Assembly (NCBI GenBank): GCA_965216875.1
Contig: OZ244207.1
Span: 6,816,001-6,880,000, forward strand
Source of the DNA: Rubripirellula sp.
GTDB taxonomy: Bacteria; Planctomycetota; Planctomycetia; Pirellulales; Pirellulaceae
Length of the DNA: 64,000 bases
Direction: 5' to 3'
The notes beneath the pieces were generated by a model. That model was not told where the DNA came from and made no database searches. It saw nothing but the letters and a program-made list of their open reading frames with translations. Positions 29,122 to 39,325 of this stretch are shown one piece after another (within the stretch, counting starts at the first letter, position 1; every line of letters starts with the position of its first letter). The position numbers and the translations under genes are program-made.

Positions 29122-30453
29122 GTGGACGCGAAACAACTCATTGAACGTTATTTGCTGGGGATCGCTACCCGCGCAGAGACCGACCAGCTCGATCAGTTAT
29201 TGGCCGATGATCCCGAATTGCGACGGGAATTCGTCAAAGCGGCCAATCTCGATGCCGGCATGCGCGAATTGGCTCAGCAGCGACTCGCCGAGCCAGATTT
29301 GGTCGAAGCCAAACGAGCGAGGCTCGGGTGGGCCGGATTGTTGACGCTGGCCGTTGCTGCCAGCCTGCTCGTGGCCGTCGGGATGTTTACGTTTTCACCC
29401 ACGCCAGTGGCGACCCTCGAGTCGAGCGAAAACGCGGCTTGGGAAAGCGACTTGCCAACCAAGCCTGGTGCAAAACTGACTCCAGGAATCTTGGACCTGA
29501 AGGCTGGTGTCGCAACCATCCGGTTTGAGTCGGGGGCCGAGGTCGTGTTGGAGGCTCCCGCCGCACTTGAACTGATCGACCCGATGCGCGGGCGATTGAT
29601 CGCCGGTGCTGCAACGATCGATGTGCCCGAGTCAGCACATGGTTTTGTGATCGAAACTCCCGATGGGTTCGCCGTCGACTATGGGACGAAGTTCGCCGTC
29701 AAGATCGACGACGCAACCAAACATTCGGACTTTGAATTGATCGAAGGCGAGATCGCCGTTCACCATGGAACGGCCGGCGACGAAGTGCGCCTCACCGATG
29801 AAGGCAAGACGGCGACGCTGGCCGACACCTCGATCGTACTTGGGCACATCGAGTCCGAAGTCGAAGAGGAAGTCGTTCCGCCCATGCCGAAAATTGTGCG
29901 GATCGGTACGGATGGGCGAACCGGTTCGGCCGTCTTCAGCAACAAGCATAAGTTCATCGACCCCGAAGTGTTGTCGGTTAAAAAGTCCAACAGCGGAAAA
30001 TGGGATCACCGCTCGTTCTTTGCATTCGACTTTTCGGGGATCGACTTTGACCGCGTCGAGTCGGTTCGGCTTCGGCTAAATCAAGTGCCTAGCCATCGCG
30101 GAAGCAAAGCGCGGCTCCCCAAAGTCAATCGATTCAGTATTTACGGATTGACCAATGTCGAAAAGGACAACTGGCAACCACGTTGTCGATGGAATGATTC
30201 ACCCGGCCCAGAAGATGGTGTCTTTCTTGCAGCGTTCGAAATCCCACGCAGTAAGTTGCGCGGGAGCGTGCAATTGCAAACTGACGAGTTGTTCGAGTTC
30301 CTCAAGAACGATCCCGACAAGACAGTCACGCTGATTTTGGTTCGTGACACGACAAACATCGAAGGTGTTGGGCCCGGCTACATGCACATGTTCGCCAGCG
30401 ACTCGCATCCCGAGTCGGTCGGCCCGCTGCTCGAGTTTTCAATGATCGATTGA
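29122..30453 (+). CDS. FecR-domain protein (no adjacent sigma factor)
   Basis: GGAGGA RBS then GTG 29122; LIERYLLG, TM helix, FESGAEVVLEAPA, VDYGTKF; C-terminal FAFD...FASDSHP domain. Confidence 0.85.
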   Translation: MDAKQLIERYLLGIATRAETDQLDQLLADDPELRREFVKAANLDAGMRELAQQRLAEPDLVEAKRARLGWAGLLTLAVAASLLVAVGMFTFSPTPVATLESSENAAWESDLPTKPGAKLTPGILDLKAGVATIRFESGAEVVLEAPAALELIDPMRGRLIAGAATIDVPESAHGFVIETPDGFAVDYGTKFAVKIDDATKHSDFELIEGEIAVHHGTAGDEVRLTDEGKTATLADTSIVLGHIESEVEEEVVPPMPKIVRIGTDGRTGSAVFSNKHKFIDPEVLSVKKSNSGKWDHRSFFAFDFSGIDFDRVESVRLRLNQVPSHRGSKARLPKVNRFSIYGLTNVEKDNWQPRCRWNDSPGPEDGVFLAAFEIPRSKLRGSVQLQTDELFEFLKNDPDKTVTLILVRDTTNIEGVGPGYMHMFASDSHPESVGPLLEFSMID

Positions 30454-30587
30454 TTCTGTTCATTGTTCCGGCGATTGTCGCCTTTCGCTCCGCGAAAGTA
30501 GCGTCCGCAAACGCGCTCTCAACCAAAAGATCACAGCCTCTCCGGATGCATTTGTTCTCAGTTGTCCGTCCCATAAGGAAAACGTAC

Positions 30588-32162
30588 GTGGTGATTGCAT
30601 TGGCAAAACCGAATTGGCGCTCTTGCGCGATCGGGCTCTGCTTGGTCCTTTCGTTACTGCCTTTGTCGACCGCCGCTTCGTACGGGGACGACTCGGCAAA
30701 CAGGCCGAATATCTTGTGGATCACCATCGAAGACTGGTCGGCCGATCTCTCCTGTTACGGAACCAAAGGTGTTGCGACGCCAAACGTTGACCAACTCGCG
30801 GCCGAGGGTATTCGCTACGAAAACGCCTTCACAACTTCACCCGTTTGCTCAACGTCCCGCTCGGCCATGATGACGGGGTTTCATCAAAACTACATCCGAG
30901 CAAACCAACATCGCGAGCACAACAAACAACCTCTGCCTCATGGGATCCGACCCATTCCCCATTTGCTTGCTGACGCGGGCTATTTCACTGCGTTGATGAG
31001 TTGGAAAACGGATTGCAACTTTGTTCCCAATCAGCGTGATGAGCTGTTCATGGGTAACGATTGGTCCGAGCGTAAACCCGGTCAGCCCTTTTTTGCCCGG
31101 ATCACGTTTGGTGGGACGCATCGCGCATGGAAACGCGATCCGGAACGACCAATTTCAATCGATGATGTCGAGCTTCCACCCTACTATGCTGATACGCCCT
31201 TTGTGCGGCGAGATTGGGCGAACGGCCTCGAGCAAATGCAATTGGTCGACCGCGAGATTGGCGAGCTGTTGAAGCGACTCGACGACGAAGGACTCTCTGA
31301 CAACACCATTGTCTTTTTTATCGGCGATCATGGTCGCTGCCACATCCGCGGCAAACAGTTTCTCTATGACGGTGGGATTCGCATTCCGATGATCATGCGA
31401 TATCCCGGTAAGGCCCAAGCTGGCCAAGTGAGCGATGCGTTGGTGATGTCCATCGACATTTGCGCGACGATCTTGGAAGCTGCCGGTGTCACGCCGCCGG
31501 TACCACTACACGGAAAGAGTCTTTTTAGCGACGACGTCAAGCAACGCGAATTTGTCTATGCGGCGCGAGACAAGATGGACGAAACGCACGATTCGATGCG
31601 AGCGATCCGCTCAAAAGACTACAAGTTGATTCTGAACCTGATGCCTGAACGTCCTTGGTGTCAATTCAATCGGTACAAGGAAGGTGCCTATCCTGTACTT
31701 GCCGAAATGAACGTCTTGAACATTCAAGGGAAGCTCACGGCGGAACAGGCGGCCTTTTTCGCGCCCCGAAAACCCGACGTCGAGCTGTTCGATTTGCAGA
31801 CGGATCCGCACGAAGTTCGAAACGTCGCCGACGACCCCAAGTACCAAAAGGTGCGTCGCGACCTGTTGGCGAGCTTGAACCAATGGCGCGTTAACGAGAT
31901 TGATGACCTCGGCGTCTCGTCCGACTTTCGCGCCCGCGGTGTCTTTCCCACGAACAGACCCGACGTGTCGGTCGACGACTGGGTTGCTGCGAACAAAGGC
32001 GACTACGATTTCAATCGTTTCGGTTGGCCCGCTTGGTACCCCACTCGATCGCTCGGGCAGTGGCAAGCTGCACGCGATGCTTGGGAGCCGTACGTTTTTC
32101 GCGAGCCAACCGCAAAGGTCGATCGGCCAGTCCTCGTGCATCAAAAGCGGAAGCGTAAATAG
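30588..32162 (+). CDS. Sulfatase (S1 family)
   Basis: PNILWITIED, SPVCSTSRSAMMTG, GDHG; AAGGA RBS before GTG 30588; upstream ORF extension runs through a REP-like hairpin at 30477-30503. Confidence 0.93.
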   Translation: MVIALAKPNWRSCAIGLCLVLSLLPLSTAASYGDDSANRPNILWITIEDWSADLSCYGTKGVATPNVDQLAAEGIRYENAFTTSPVCSTSRSAMMTGFHQNYIRANQHREHNKQPLPHGIRPIPHLLADAGYFTALMSWKTDCNFVPNQRDELFMGNDWSERKPGQPFFARITFGGTHRAWKRDPERPISIDDVELPPYYADTPFVRRDWANGLEQMQLVDREIGELLKRLDDEGLSDNTIVFFIGDHGRCHIRGKQFLYDGGIRIPMIMRYPGKAQAGQVSDALVMSIDICATILEAAGVTPPVPLHGKSLFSDDVKQREFVYAARDKMDETHDSMRAIRSKDYKLILNLMPERPWCQFNRYKEGAYPVLAEMNVLNIQGKLTAEQAAFFAPRKPDVELFDLQTDPHEVRNVADDPKYQKVRRDLLASLNQWRVNEIDDLGVSSDFRARGVFPTNRPDVSVDDWVAANKGDYDFNRFGWPAWYPTRSLGQWQAARDAWEPYVFREPTAKVDRPVLVHQKRKRK

Positions 32163-32201
32163 CAGGCCGTGTGTGACGACTGGAATAAGGGTTGGACCGG
32201 A

Positions 32202-33635
32202 ATGATCGTTGCAAGACTCCTTTTCATTGCGGCGTCAATTCTGGTGGCTTCACCGATCGACGGCGCTGAAACGAAGCGTCCGAACGTTTTGTTCATCGCC
32301 GTTGATGACCTCAACAACGAAGCGCTTGGTTTGCGGAGCGATTCACGCGCGAAAACGCCCCATCTCGAAAGACTCGCTCGTCGGGGTGTGCTGTTCACGA
32401 AGGCCTACTGCGCCGCTCCGGCTTGCAATCCGTCTCGCGTCAGCGTCATGACAGGTGTTGCGCCCGCGTTCAGTGGCGTGTATGTCAACAAACAGGATTG
32501 GCGAAACTGCAAACAGCTTGCCGGTTTGCCAACGATACCACAGCACTTCCGCGACCAAGGCTATAAGGTTGTGGGCGGTGGGAAGCTTTACCACGCGGCA
32601 AACCTTTCGCTGGAAGGCCTCGAGGGATTTCTCGACGCCGAGCCGTGGCACGAGTACTTTCCGTCAAAGAATCGCCAGCTGCCCGACGAATACGTGCCGC
32701 CGAAACAATCGATCAATACGACCAATCGCTTTTATGGTGGCCGTTTCGATTGGAACCCGCTCAACGTCGATGACAAGGAAATGGGCGATGCGAAGGTTGT
32801 TCACTGGGCCGAGCAACAATTGGCGCAATCGCATGATCAACCGCTCTTCCTCGCCGTCGGTATCTACAGACCGCACATCCCTTGGTACACGCCGCAGAGT
32901 TGGTTTCAGCAGTATCCGCTCGAGTCGATCGAATTGCCGAAGCGTGTCGCGGAAGATGTGGCGGACATTCCCGATCCAGGCCGAGCGATGACCCGCCACA
33001 CCTGGCACCATTGGTTGGAGTCCAACAACAAATGGAAAGAGGCGACCCAAGCCTACCTTGCATCTGCGAGTTTTGCCGATGCAATGGTAGGTCGCTTGCT
33101 CGATGCGCTTGACCGAGGCCCGCTCGCTGACAACACCATCGTGGTGTTGTGGTCCGACCACGGGTATCACCTTGGCCACAAAGAGCATTGGGAGAAACGA
33201 GCGCTGTGGGAACAGACAACGCAAGTGCCTTTGATCGTGGTCGATACGCGAAGCCAATCAAGGGTCGCCTCCAATCAGCGTTGTGCGGCACCTGTGAGTT
33301 TGCTCGATCTCTTTCCGACGATGGTCGAGATGTGCGATCTTCAGGAGCTCGGGCATTTGCAAGGCGAGAGCTTGATGTCGACCCTGTCACGCTCTGGACA
33401 ACCTTCCGACCGCGCGGTTGTGATGACCCAAGATCGAAACAACCACGCCGTTCGATGGCGGCATTGGCGATTCATACGTTATGCCGATGCATCCGAAGAG
33501 TTGTATCGGCACGATCGCGATCCGCACGAACGTGACAACCTCGCTGGTGACGCTGCCCACGCCGTGATCAAACGCCGATTGGCAAGTTTCCTGCCAACGA
33601 AAAGCGCACCGCACAGTCCACCCATCCAAGAATAA
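32202..33635 (+). CDS. Sulfatase (iduronate-2-/choline-sulfatase-like)
   Basis: PNVLFIAVDDL, APACNPSR, GKLYH, YRPHIPW, WSDHGYHLG. Confidence 0.93.
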   Translation: MIVARLLFIAASILVASPIDGAETKRPNVLFIAVDDLNNEALGLRSDSRAKTPHLERLARRGVLFTKAYCAAPACNPSRVSVMTGVAPAFSGVYVNKQDWRNCKQLAGLPTIPQHFRDQGYKVVGGGKLYHAANLSLEGLEGFLDAEPWHEYFPSKNRQLPDEYVPPKQSINTTNRFYGGRFDWNPLNVDDKEMGDAKVVHWAEQQLAQSHDQPLFLAVGIYRPHIPWYTPQSWFQQYPLESIELPKRVAEDVADIPDPGRAMTRHTWHHWLESNNKWKEATQAYLASASFADAMVGRLLDALDRGPLADNTIVVLWSDHGYHLGHKEHWEKRALWEQTTQVPLIVVDTRSQSRVASNQRCAAPVSLLDLFPTMVEMCDLQELGHLQGESLMSTLSRSGQPSDRAVVMTQDRNNHAVRWRHWRFIRYADASEELYRHDRDPHERDNLAGDAAHAVIKRRLASFLPTKSAPHSPPIQE

Positions 33636-33752
33636 CGTAGTGCACCAGACAACGAGTCCCCGGGGCTACGTCATCCTGCACAATCGGCGTCGATTAAACT
33701 GAATCGTCTCAAACTGGATTGACGCTTTTCCCGATCCGGCAACTCGAACGCT

Positions 33753-34172
33753 ATGTTTTCGATTCGTGAACGAATGATCGCGAGCAACTTTTGGATTCGA
33801 GTATGGTGTCTCGGATCGATTGCGTTGTCTGTTTGGTTTCTCTTTGTAACGGTCGACGTTTCGATGGTTGCATTCCGCTCGCCGCTTTTCGTCCTGCTGT
33901 TACTGTTGGCGCTTCCAGCGACGGTATTGCTCGCGGCAATCTTGGCTCCTCTGTTTGGCTTTTTCCTGTTCTCAGACATCGCCGACTGGCAGGCACGTCG
34001 AAACGGTGCCCCTTTTTCCCTAGGCGATCGCGTTTTGATCATTCCCGGTCGCAACTCGGGGCGTCAGGCCACCGTTACCTCATTTGGACAATGTCAATCG
34101 CTTAGAATCACGATCGATGGTGACGATACCGAGACGGGCTACGCTGATCACCAACTCAAACGCATGGCATAA
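33753..34172 (+). CDS. Hypothetical membrane protein with KOW-like C-terminus
   Basis: Two TM helices then GDRVLIIPGRNSG. Confidence 0.6.
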   Translation: MFSIRERMIASNFWIRVWCLGSIALSVWFLFVTVDVSMVAFRSPLFVLLLLLALPATVLLAAILAPLFGFFLFSDIADWQARRNGAPFSLGDRVLIIPGRNSGRQATVTSFGQCQSLRITIDGDDTETGYADHQLKRMA

Positions 34173-34308
34173 CCATTGCGCGGATTGAAGCGCGTTGGTG
34201 AACGGCATCGTGAACGTATCGAACCCTTGTCGATGCGCAGATCACCGATGTGCAATGTCCGATGTGTGTCGCAATTGCAGCAAGTCATTTTGGGGGAGCA
34301 ATCGGTCA

Positions 34309-34764
34309 ATGCAAAACCAAAATCAAAATCTAAACCAAAACCCCTACGAATCACCCACGACCGATTCCGATTCCAATCTGTCGCCGCCAGGATTCGTTGT
34401 TCATGCCTCGTCGGGCGGTACGGCGAGGTTTTTCGCCTGGTACTTTGGAGCGTTCATCTTTTGCACATTGCTTTGGCACATGTCGGGTTACTTTCGCGCG
34501 ATCGACCTGCTGGAACTACCGATGGCAGCATTCCACTTTCCGCTGGCCGGATTCTTTGAGCCAAGCAGGTTTCTGGTTCGCGATGAATTCATCTTTTACT
34601 ACGCACTCTTGTTTTGGGGAGCCGTGATTCCCGTCGCTTTTCAGTTTGCCCCAAAGCGACTGGGGCCACTCGCAACGGCGCTCGGGATCATTGTGGCGTG
34701 CGCTACGACCTCAACCGTGTTTGCGTTCGTTTACAATCTGTTTGGTTGGGGCCAGATCGCCTAG
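34309..34764 (+). CDS. Hypothetical membrane protein (N-terminal NPYESP motif)
   Basis: GGGGAG RBS, ATG 34309, three TM segments. Confidence 0.65.
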   Translation: MQNQNQNLNQNPYESPTTDSDSNLSPPGFVVHASSGGTARFFAWYFGAFIFCTLLWHMSGYFRAIDLLELPMAAFHFPLAGFFEPSRFLVRDEFIFYYALLFWGAVIPVAFQFAPKRLGPLATALGIIVACATTSTVFAFVYNLFGWGQIA

Positions 34765-34812
34765 TGCGTCTTGCTGGCGGAAACAGTCTTACGCGCAACG
34801 AAATCGATTCTC

Positions 34813-35409
34813 ATGCCTGATCCCGATCCGGCAATAATCTTGGCCTTCGCTTCGCCGCAAGATCTCGGTCGTTGGCTCTCGTTGAACCATGCGACGGAAA
34901 CTGAGTTGTGGGTCAAGCTATTCAAGAAAGGGACAGGGATCCCGAGCATCACATGGGATGATCTTGTGATCGAGTCGCTTTGTTGGGGATGGATCGACGG
35001 GATCAAGAAGTCGTGGGATGACGAAGCTTATGTCCAGCGGATCACGCCCAGGAAAGCTCGAAGCCAATGGTCAAAGCGGAATCGGGAACATGCCCAGCGA
35101 TTGATGGACGAGGGGCGGATGCAGGAGCCAGGGCTCGAGCAAGTGCGGGCTGCCAAAGCGGACGGAAGGTGGGACAACGCCTATTCAGTGAAAGATTTGC
35201 AAGTCCCAGAAGACTTCTTGAAAGCTCTCGAGGGCCGGCCCGCCGCGAAACGCTTTTTTGAGTCGCTTTCCAAGTCGAATCGTTTGGTCATTGCCTACGG
35301 ATTGACAAGCGCAAAGAAACCGGAAACAAGGGAGCGACGGTTCGAGAAATTCATCGAGATGCTCGCCAACGAAGAAAAGCCCGGTGAAAGCGCAGGCAAA
35401 TCGAAGTAG
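34813..35409 (+). CDS. YdeI/OmpD-associated family protein
   Basis: LCWGWIDG, TPRKARSQWS, VPEDF, AKKPETRERR. Confidence 0.9.
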   Translation: MPDPDPAIILAFASPQDLGRWLSLNHATETELWVKLFKKGTGIPSITWDDLVIESLCWGWIDGIKKSWDDEAYVQRITPRKARSQWSKRNREHAQRLMDEGRMQEPGLEQVRAAKADGRWDNAYSVKDLQVPEDFLKALEGRPAAKRFFESLSKSNRLVIAYGLTSAKKPETRERRFEKFIEMLANEEKPGESAGKSK

Positions 35410-35461
35410 GTGAAGCGATGACGACGACACAATCGCGCGAAAACTCGTTTGGGGCGAGGGG

Positions 35462-35965
35462 ATGAATAAGACTGCAAGTCGCCTCGGCCGATTCCGGATT
35501 TCTACCCTCATCTGTGTTACAGGACTCGCCGCCGTTGGTTTCGCGGTCGGTTGGTATTCGTTTCCGTACGTGTTCTATCAGAATGCGAGTTTGGAATTCG
35601 TGAATTGCCAGTGCCGGTTATCCGCCGACGCGAATGGCGATAAAGTTCTAACGATTGCCGGTGAAATATGTAACACCAGTGACTCAGCGGTGCGGCTTAG
35701 TACGAATGGCCATGGGCTTTGCCGTTATGCGATAGCCACGAATTTCGAGATCGTGCAGCGGATCTATCTCGAAACTGTCCACGATCAGAGGGCTTCGAGT
35801 GGATGCAATGTGACTCGATTAGAAGCCGGCAAGAGCTTCTATTTCAAGAACGCAATTACCGTTGATCAGCACTACAACGCGATAGGGATTTCAGTTCCAT
35901 TTCGAATGGGCGGTACGCGGCAAGCATTCGCAACGAGTGACCCGATCAGTGTTCAAGCGGAATAA
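35462..35965 (+). CDS. Hypothetical membrane-anchored protein
   Basis: GAGGGG RBS; RFRISTLI + TM helix leader. Confidence 0.6.
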   Translation: MNKTASRLGRFRISTLICVTGLAAVGFAVGWYSFPYVFYQNASLEFVNCQCRLSADANGDKVLTIAGEICNTSDSAVRLSTNGHGLCRYAIATNFEIVQRIYLETVHDQRASSGCNVTRLEAGKSFYFKNAITVDQHYNAIGISVPFRMGGTRQAFATSDPISVQAE

Positions 35966-36218
35966 GCATGACGAGAAGAACGCACCGAGCTGGCACATTT
36001 AGAAACCGTGTGTCATCAAGAACGCGAATCTGGGGCAAGACAACCTGCGGTTCAAACGACTTGCTCAGTGATCTCCGTGCCCTCGGCGGCCCTATCATGA
36101 AGTTCAGCTTTTCCCGCCACTGACGCGGGACCTGGAAATGCAGTGTGTCGATATAGTCGCGGGGAAGGTGTGTTACAACGTAATGAATCAATTCCTACCA
36201 CTACGCCGATTGGTTTGA

Positions 36219-36686
36219 ATGTCAAAAGTTCGCGTTGACTTGGACGAGATCGTGGGAGAGCGGGCAATCGCCGGAATCTGGTTCCGGACGAAGCGAATGC
36301 CTTGGTACATGCGCTACGTCGGGCCTGGATCTCTGCTTGAGTTCTTTCTAGTGGCACCGTTGATCGTGTACCACTACCTTCGACCTGCCAACCCGACGGA
36401 TACGGAAACACTTCTGGATTACTCCGGCCCAATCTATTGCGCTCGCACGTGTGACGAGTTTGTCTTCATTGTTTACCAGGAGGACGCTGAGAGAACCTCG
36501 CGGTTGCTGCGCCGCTTTCCGTCATCCGCGTTGCGTTCATGTGACTACGAACATACTCACGCGACGGCGGTCAAATTTCAATTCGACTCAGGAGAATGTT
36601 CGACGTTACACTACGAAGGCGTCTGGAGCGATTTGGCAGAATTCATCACGCCAGGCAGCGCTTTCGCAGAACCAACCGAAAGCTAG
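36219..36686 (+). CDS. Hypothetical protein
   Basis: 155-aa ORF with one hydrophobic segment, same strand as neighbours. Confidence 0.55.
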   Translation: MSKVRVDLDEIVGERAIAGIWFRTKRMPWYMRYVGPGSLLEFFLVAPLIVYHYLRPANPTDTETLLDYSGPIYCARTCDEFVFIVYQEDAERTSRLLRRFPSSALRSCDYEHTHATAVKFQFDSGECSTLHYEGVWSDLAEFITPGSAFAEPTES

Positions 36687-36794
36687 CGGGCAACCTTGTG
36701 ATTCATACGGGGACTCGAACATTTGGTCAGGTCTTGTGCGGCGCCCTTTAGCAAAGTCGTGCTGTTAAACCCGAAACCGCATGAGGTACGGACT

Positions 36795-37820
36795 GTGAGA
36801 TTGGCAATGATCATCGCATCAGCGTGCATCTCTGCGATGCTGCCGACCTTAGTTTCTGCGCTGGAAACCGCGCCGCGGAAATACAACGTCCAGTCTCAAC
36901 CAGGAGCGTTCGTACCCTATCAAGCCAGTCACTCTCTTGCGGAAAAGCATCCAGGAATCACGCGAATTCTGTTTTCCATTCACAGTAGCGGGTTTGATGC
37001 GCTTCAGTACTACAAGAACGCGTACGAGGCGGCGTCGCGTGTGCCCGGTGCACTCGAGCAAACCTTGATCGTCGCGCCGCAGTTCTACCAGCGCGACGCG
37101 ATCCCTGGCCAGATTCCTGAAGGCTTGCTGTTTTGGAGGTCGAGTCCCTATCGTGGGTCGGCACGTTCGGCGATTGGTCCAGACGTAAAAGCGATCTCGC
37201 TGAGTGCCTATGCAGTTCTCGATGAATGGTTGGATAACCTTGTAGACAGCGGCAATTATCCGAACCTGCGCGAGATTGTCTTGGTGGGACATTCCGCTGG
37301 CGGGCAATTCGTGCAACGGTACGCGATGGTTGGCAAGTACCGTGATGAGAAGATTCGGTTTCGGTATGTCGTTTCGGCGCCCTCCTCGTACGCCTATTCT
37401 TCGGCAGAGCGATACCATCTTGGAAAGCGAGACTTCATCGTTCCTGACGCCGCGACGATCAAACAATGTCCGGGATACAATCACTGGGGCTACGGCCTTG
37501 AAAACCCGTACGGGTACTTCGCCGACGTTGATACTCAGGGCATCGTCGATGGCTACGCCAAGAAGCGGGTCTTTTACCTGTGCGGGCAGAGGGATGCCGA
37601 TCCGAACGACAAGTCACTTGGCAAGAATTGTGGCGCGATGATGCAGGGCGCGCATCGCTTGCAGCGGATGCTGGTATTTCAGTCCTTCCTGGAGTTCAAA
37701 TACGGAAAAACTGTCAGTCGTTTTCACAAGTTCGCCGTCGTGCCCAAGGTCGGGCACTATGGATACGGCACGATGACATCACCCGCTGGACTCAAGGCAC
37801 TGTTTGGTTCGGCACCGTAG
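36795..37820 (+). CDS. Secreted alpha/beta hydrolase
   Basis: Signal peptide, LIVAPQF, VGHSAGGQF nucleophile elbow, VPKVGH. Confidence 0.85.
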   Translation: MRLAMIIASACISAMLPTLVSALETAPRKYNVQSQPGAFVPYQASHSLAEKHPGITRILFSIHSSGFDALQYYKNAYEAASRVPGALEQTLIVAPQFYQRDAIPGQIPEGLLFWRSSPYRGSARSAIGPDVKAISLSAYAVLDEWLDNLVDSGNYPNLREIVLVGHSAGGQFVQRYAMVGKYRDEKIRFRYVVSAPSSYAYSSAERYHLGKRDFIVPDAATIKQCPGYNHWGYGLENPYGYFADVDTQGIVDGYAKKRVFYLCGQRDADPNDKSLGKNCGAMMQGAHRLQRMLVFQSFLEFKYGKTVSRFHKFAVVPKVGHYGYGTMTSPAGLKALFGSAP

Positions 37821-37913
37821 CGGTGACATCAGACAATCTGAAGACAACATCAAACCAACAACACATCGTTGTTGGTGCCCTACCGTGGGCCATTTCAGTC
37901 GTGGTGATGTTGT

Positions 37914-38509
37914 AACCGCAGATGAACTCAAATGAACGCAGATAGCTTGGATGTGATCTGCGTCCATTCGCGTCTATCTGTGGTCTGTCCCCGAGTGTTG
38001 GTTATGACATCAAACCGAATAAGTGGTCTGTCCCCGTGAACATGTGAACGCCGACGGGAAGTCAGATGAGTCCATAGTACCCGCGACGTCGACGAACAAC
38101 GGCAACACTGAATTGCCCACGGAGCGCTGCCAGGGTGACGTGATTGCAACCAGAGTGCTCTGTCCCCAAAGCTCGCTCGAATCTGTCGCCCTGCGGGCTG
38201 AATCTATTTTGCTTGTAATCCGGTGGCTCACGCCACCGGCAGAAATATGCCGGCCTTCGGCCTAAACGCTACCCGCGCGGCAGCGAGTGTGTTCCATCTA
38301 GCCCGGAGGGCGGAACAAGAACTGCCGGGGTCGTGAGACCCCGGACCCGGATGCAACGTGTTTTCAGCTACGGCGAATTCGAAACCGCAGATGGACTCAA
38401 ATGGACGCGGATGGAGTAGGTGTCATCTGCGTCCATTCGCGTTTATCAGTGGTCTGTCCCCGAGTGTTGATTATGACATCAAACCGAGTAAATGGTCTGT
38501 CCCCGTGAA
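37914..38509. repeat. 127-bp direct repeat pair with GGTCTGTCCCC motifs enclosing a REP pair
   Basis: Copies 37914-38040 and 38383-38509; REP hairpins 38183-38345 between them. Confidence 0.9.
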
Positions 38510-38602
38510 TGTGGGCCCGTGAATGTGGGGACAGAGCACCGGGATGCGACCATCAATGACATCAATAGGAAGTGGTCTGCCCCCGATGTGGGGATGGGTG
38601 GG

Positions 38603-39325
38603 TTAGGCGAGTTGCTTGACTTCGTCGCGGATGGATTCGAGGATGTGGATGTCTTCGCGGGACCAGGCGGGGGCGGTGCCGTGCAACTCGTCGCCAAGGC
38701 CAGCGGAAGCTGATTGCCGCACATGCTTTAGTAGCATCTCGCTGATCTCAGCAGCGTTATCAAGGCCGACCATGATCGTCTGGTTGCCCACTGCGAAAAC
38801 ACCCTCCTCTTCTCCTGAGGCGGACGAGCCAGCTGTTTCAATCACAACCGTTGAAATCCCAAACAGTTGCTCGATCGGGCCGCGCCGAACAGAAACGTTT
38901 TGGATGTTCTCAAGCGTGATCGTATGCTCGGTGATGATCCAAATGCCCCGACGAACGTAGAGCCCGCGATCCGAGATGGCATACCAGATCGTGTCGAACC
39001 GCAAGTGGATCGCGATGTAGGCGATGATGTCAGGAAGCACCGCAATCACTAGTGCTGGCAGCGACAAAAGAATGCCCGTCGTGGGACTGGCCCAATAGAT
39101 GATCAGCCACACCACGAAGATCGCCACGTCGATGACGACCAACGCAACCCAAAAGTACGCCTTCATGTACTTGAGGTATTGGCGCGATGGATGAAACACC
39201 TGGAGATTGTCCGACATTTCCTTAGACAATCTCGGGGCCGCTTTGGGGACTCGAAACAGATGAGCTAAAACGGCCCAAATGCCTCGGTAGACCCATTCGG
39301 CTGATCGTTCACTCGCCCGGCTCAC
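38603..39325 (-). CDS. bPH_2 (YdbS-like) membrane protein
   Basis: Two TM helices; VRRGIW, IQNVSVRRGPIEQLFG, IETAG. Confidence 0.88.
   Translation of the reverse strand: MSRASERSAEWVYRGIWAVLAHLFRVPKAAPRLSKEMSDNLQVFHPSRQYLKYMKAYFWVALVVIDVAIFVVWLIIYWASPTTGILLSLPALVIAVLPDIIAYIAIHLRFDTIWYAISDRGLYVRRGIWIITEHTITLENIQNVSVRRGPIEQLFGISTVVIETAGSSASGEEEGVFAVGNQTIMVGLDNAAEISEMLLKHVRQSASAGLGDELHGTAPAWSREDIHILESIRDEVKQLA

Noticed and set aside
30450..30587. Long N-terminus of the sulfatase ORF
   Set aside because: Reads through a REP-like hairpin (ctttcgctccgcgaaag); RBS supports GTG 30588
35946..36191. Short ORFs between the two orphan genes
   Set aside because: No RBS or recognisable motif; region is better explained by a decayed hairpin or remnant
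37914..38585. CRISPR array from recurring GGTCTGTCCCC motifs
   Set aside because: Irregular spacing, duplicated rather than unique spacers, mixed orientation, no cas genes
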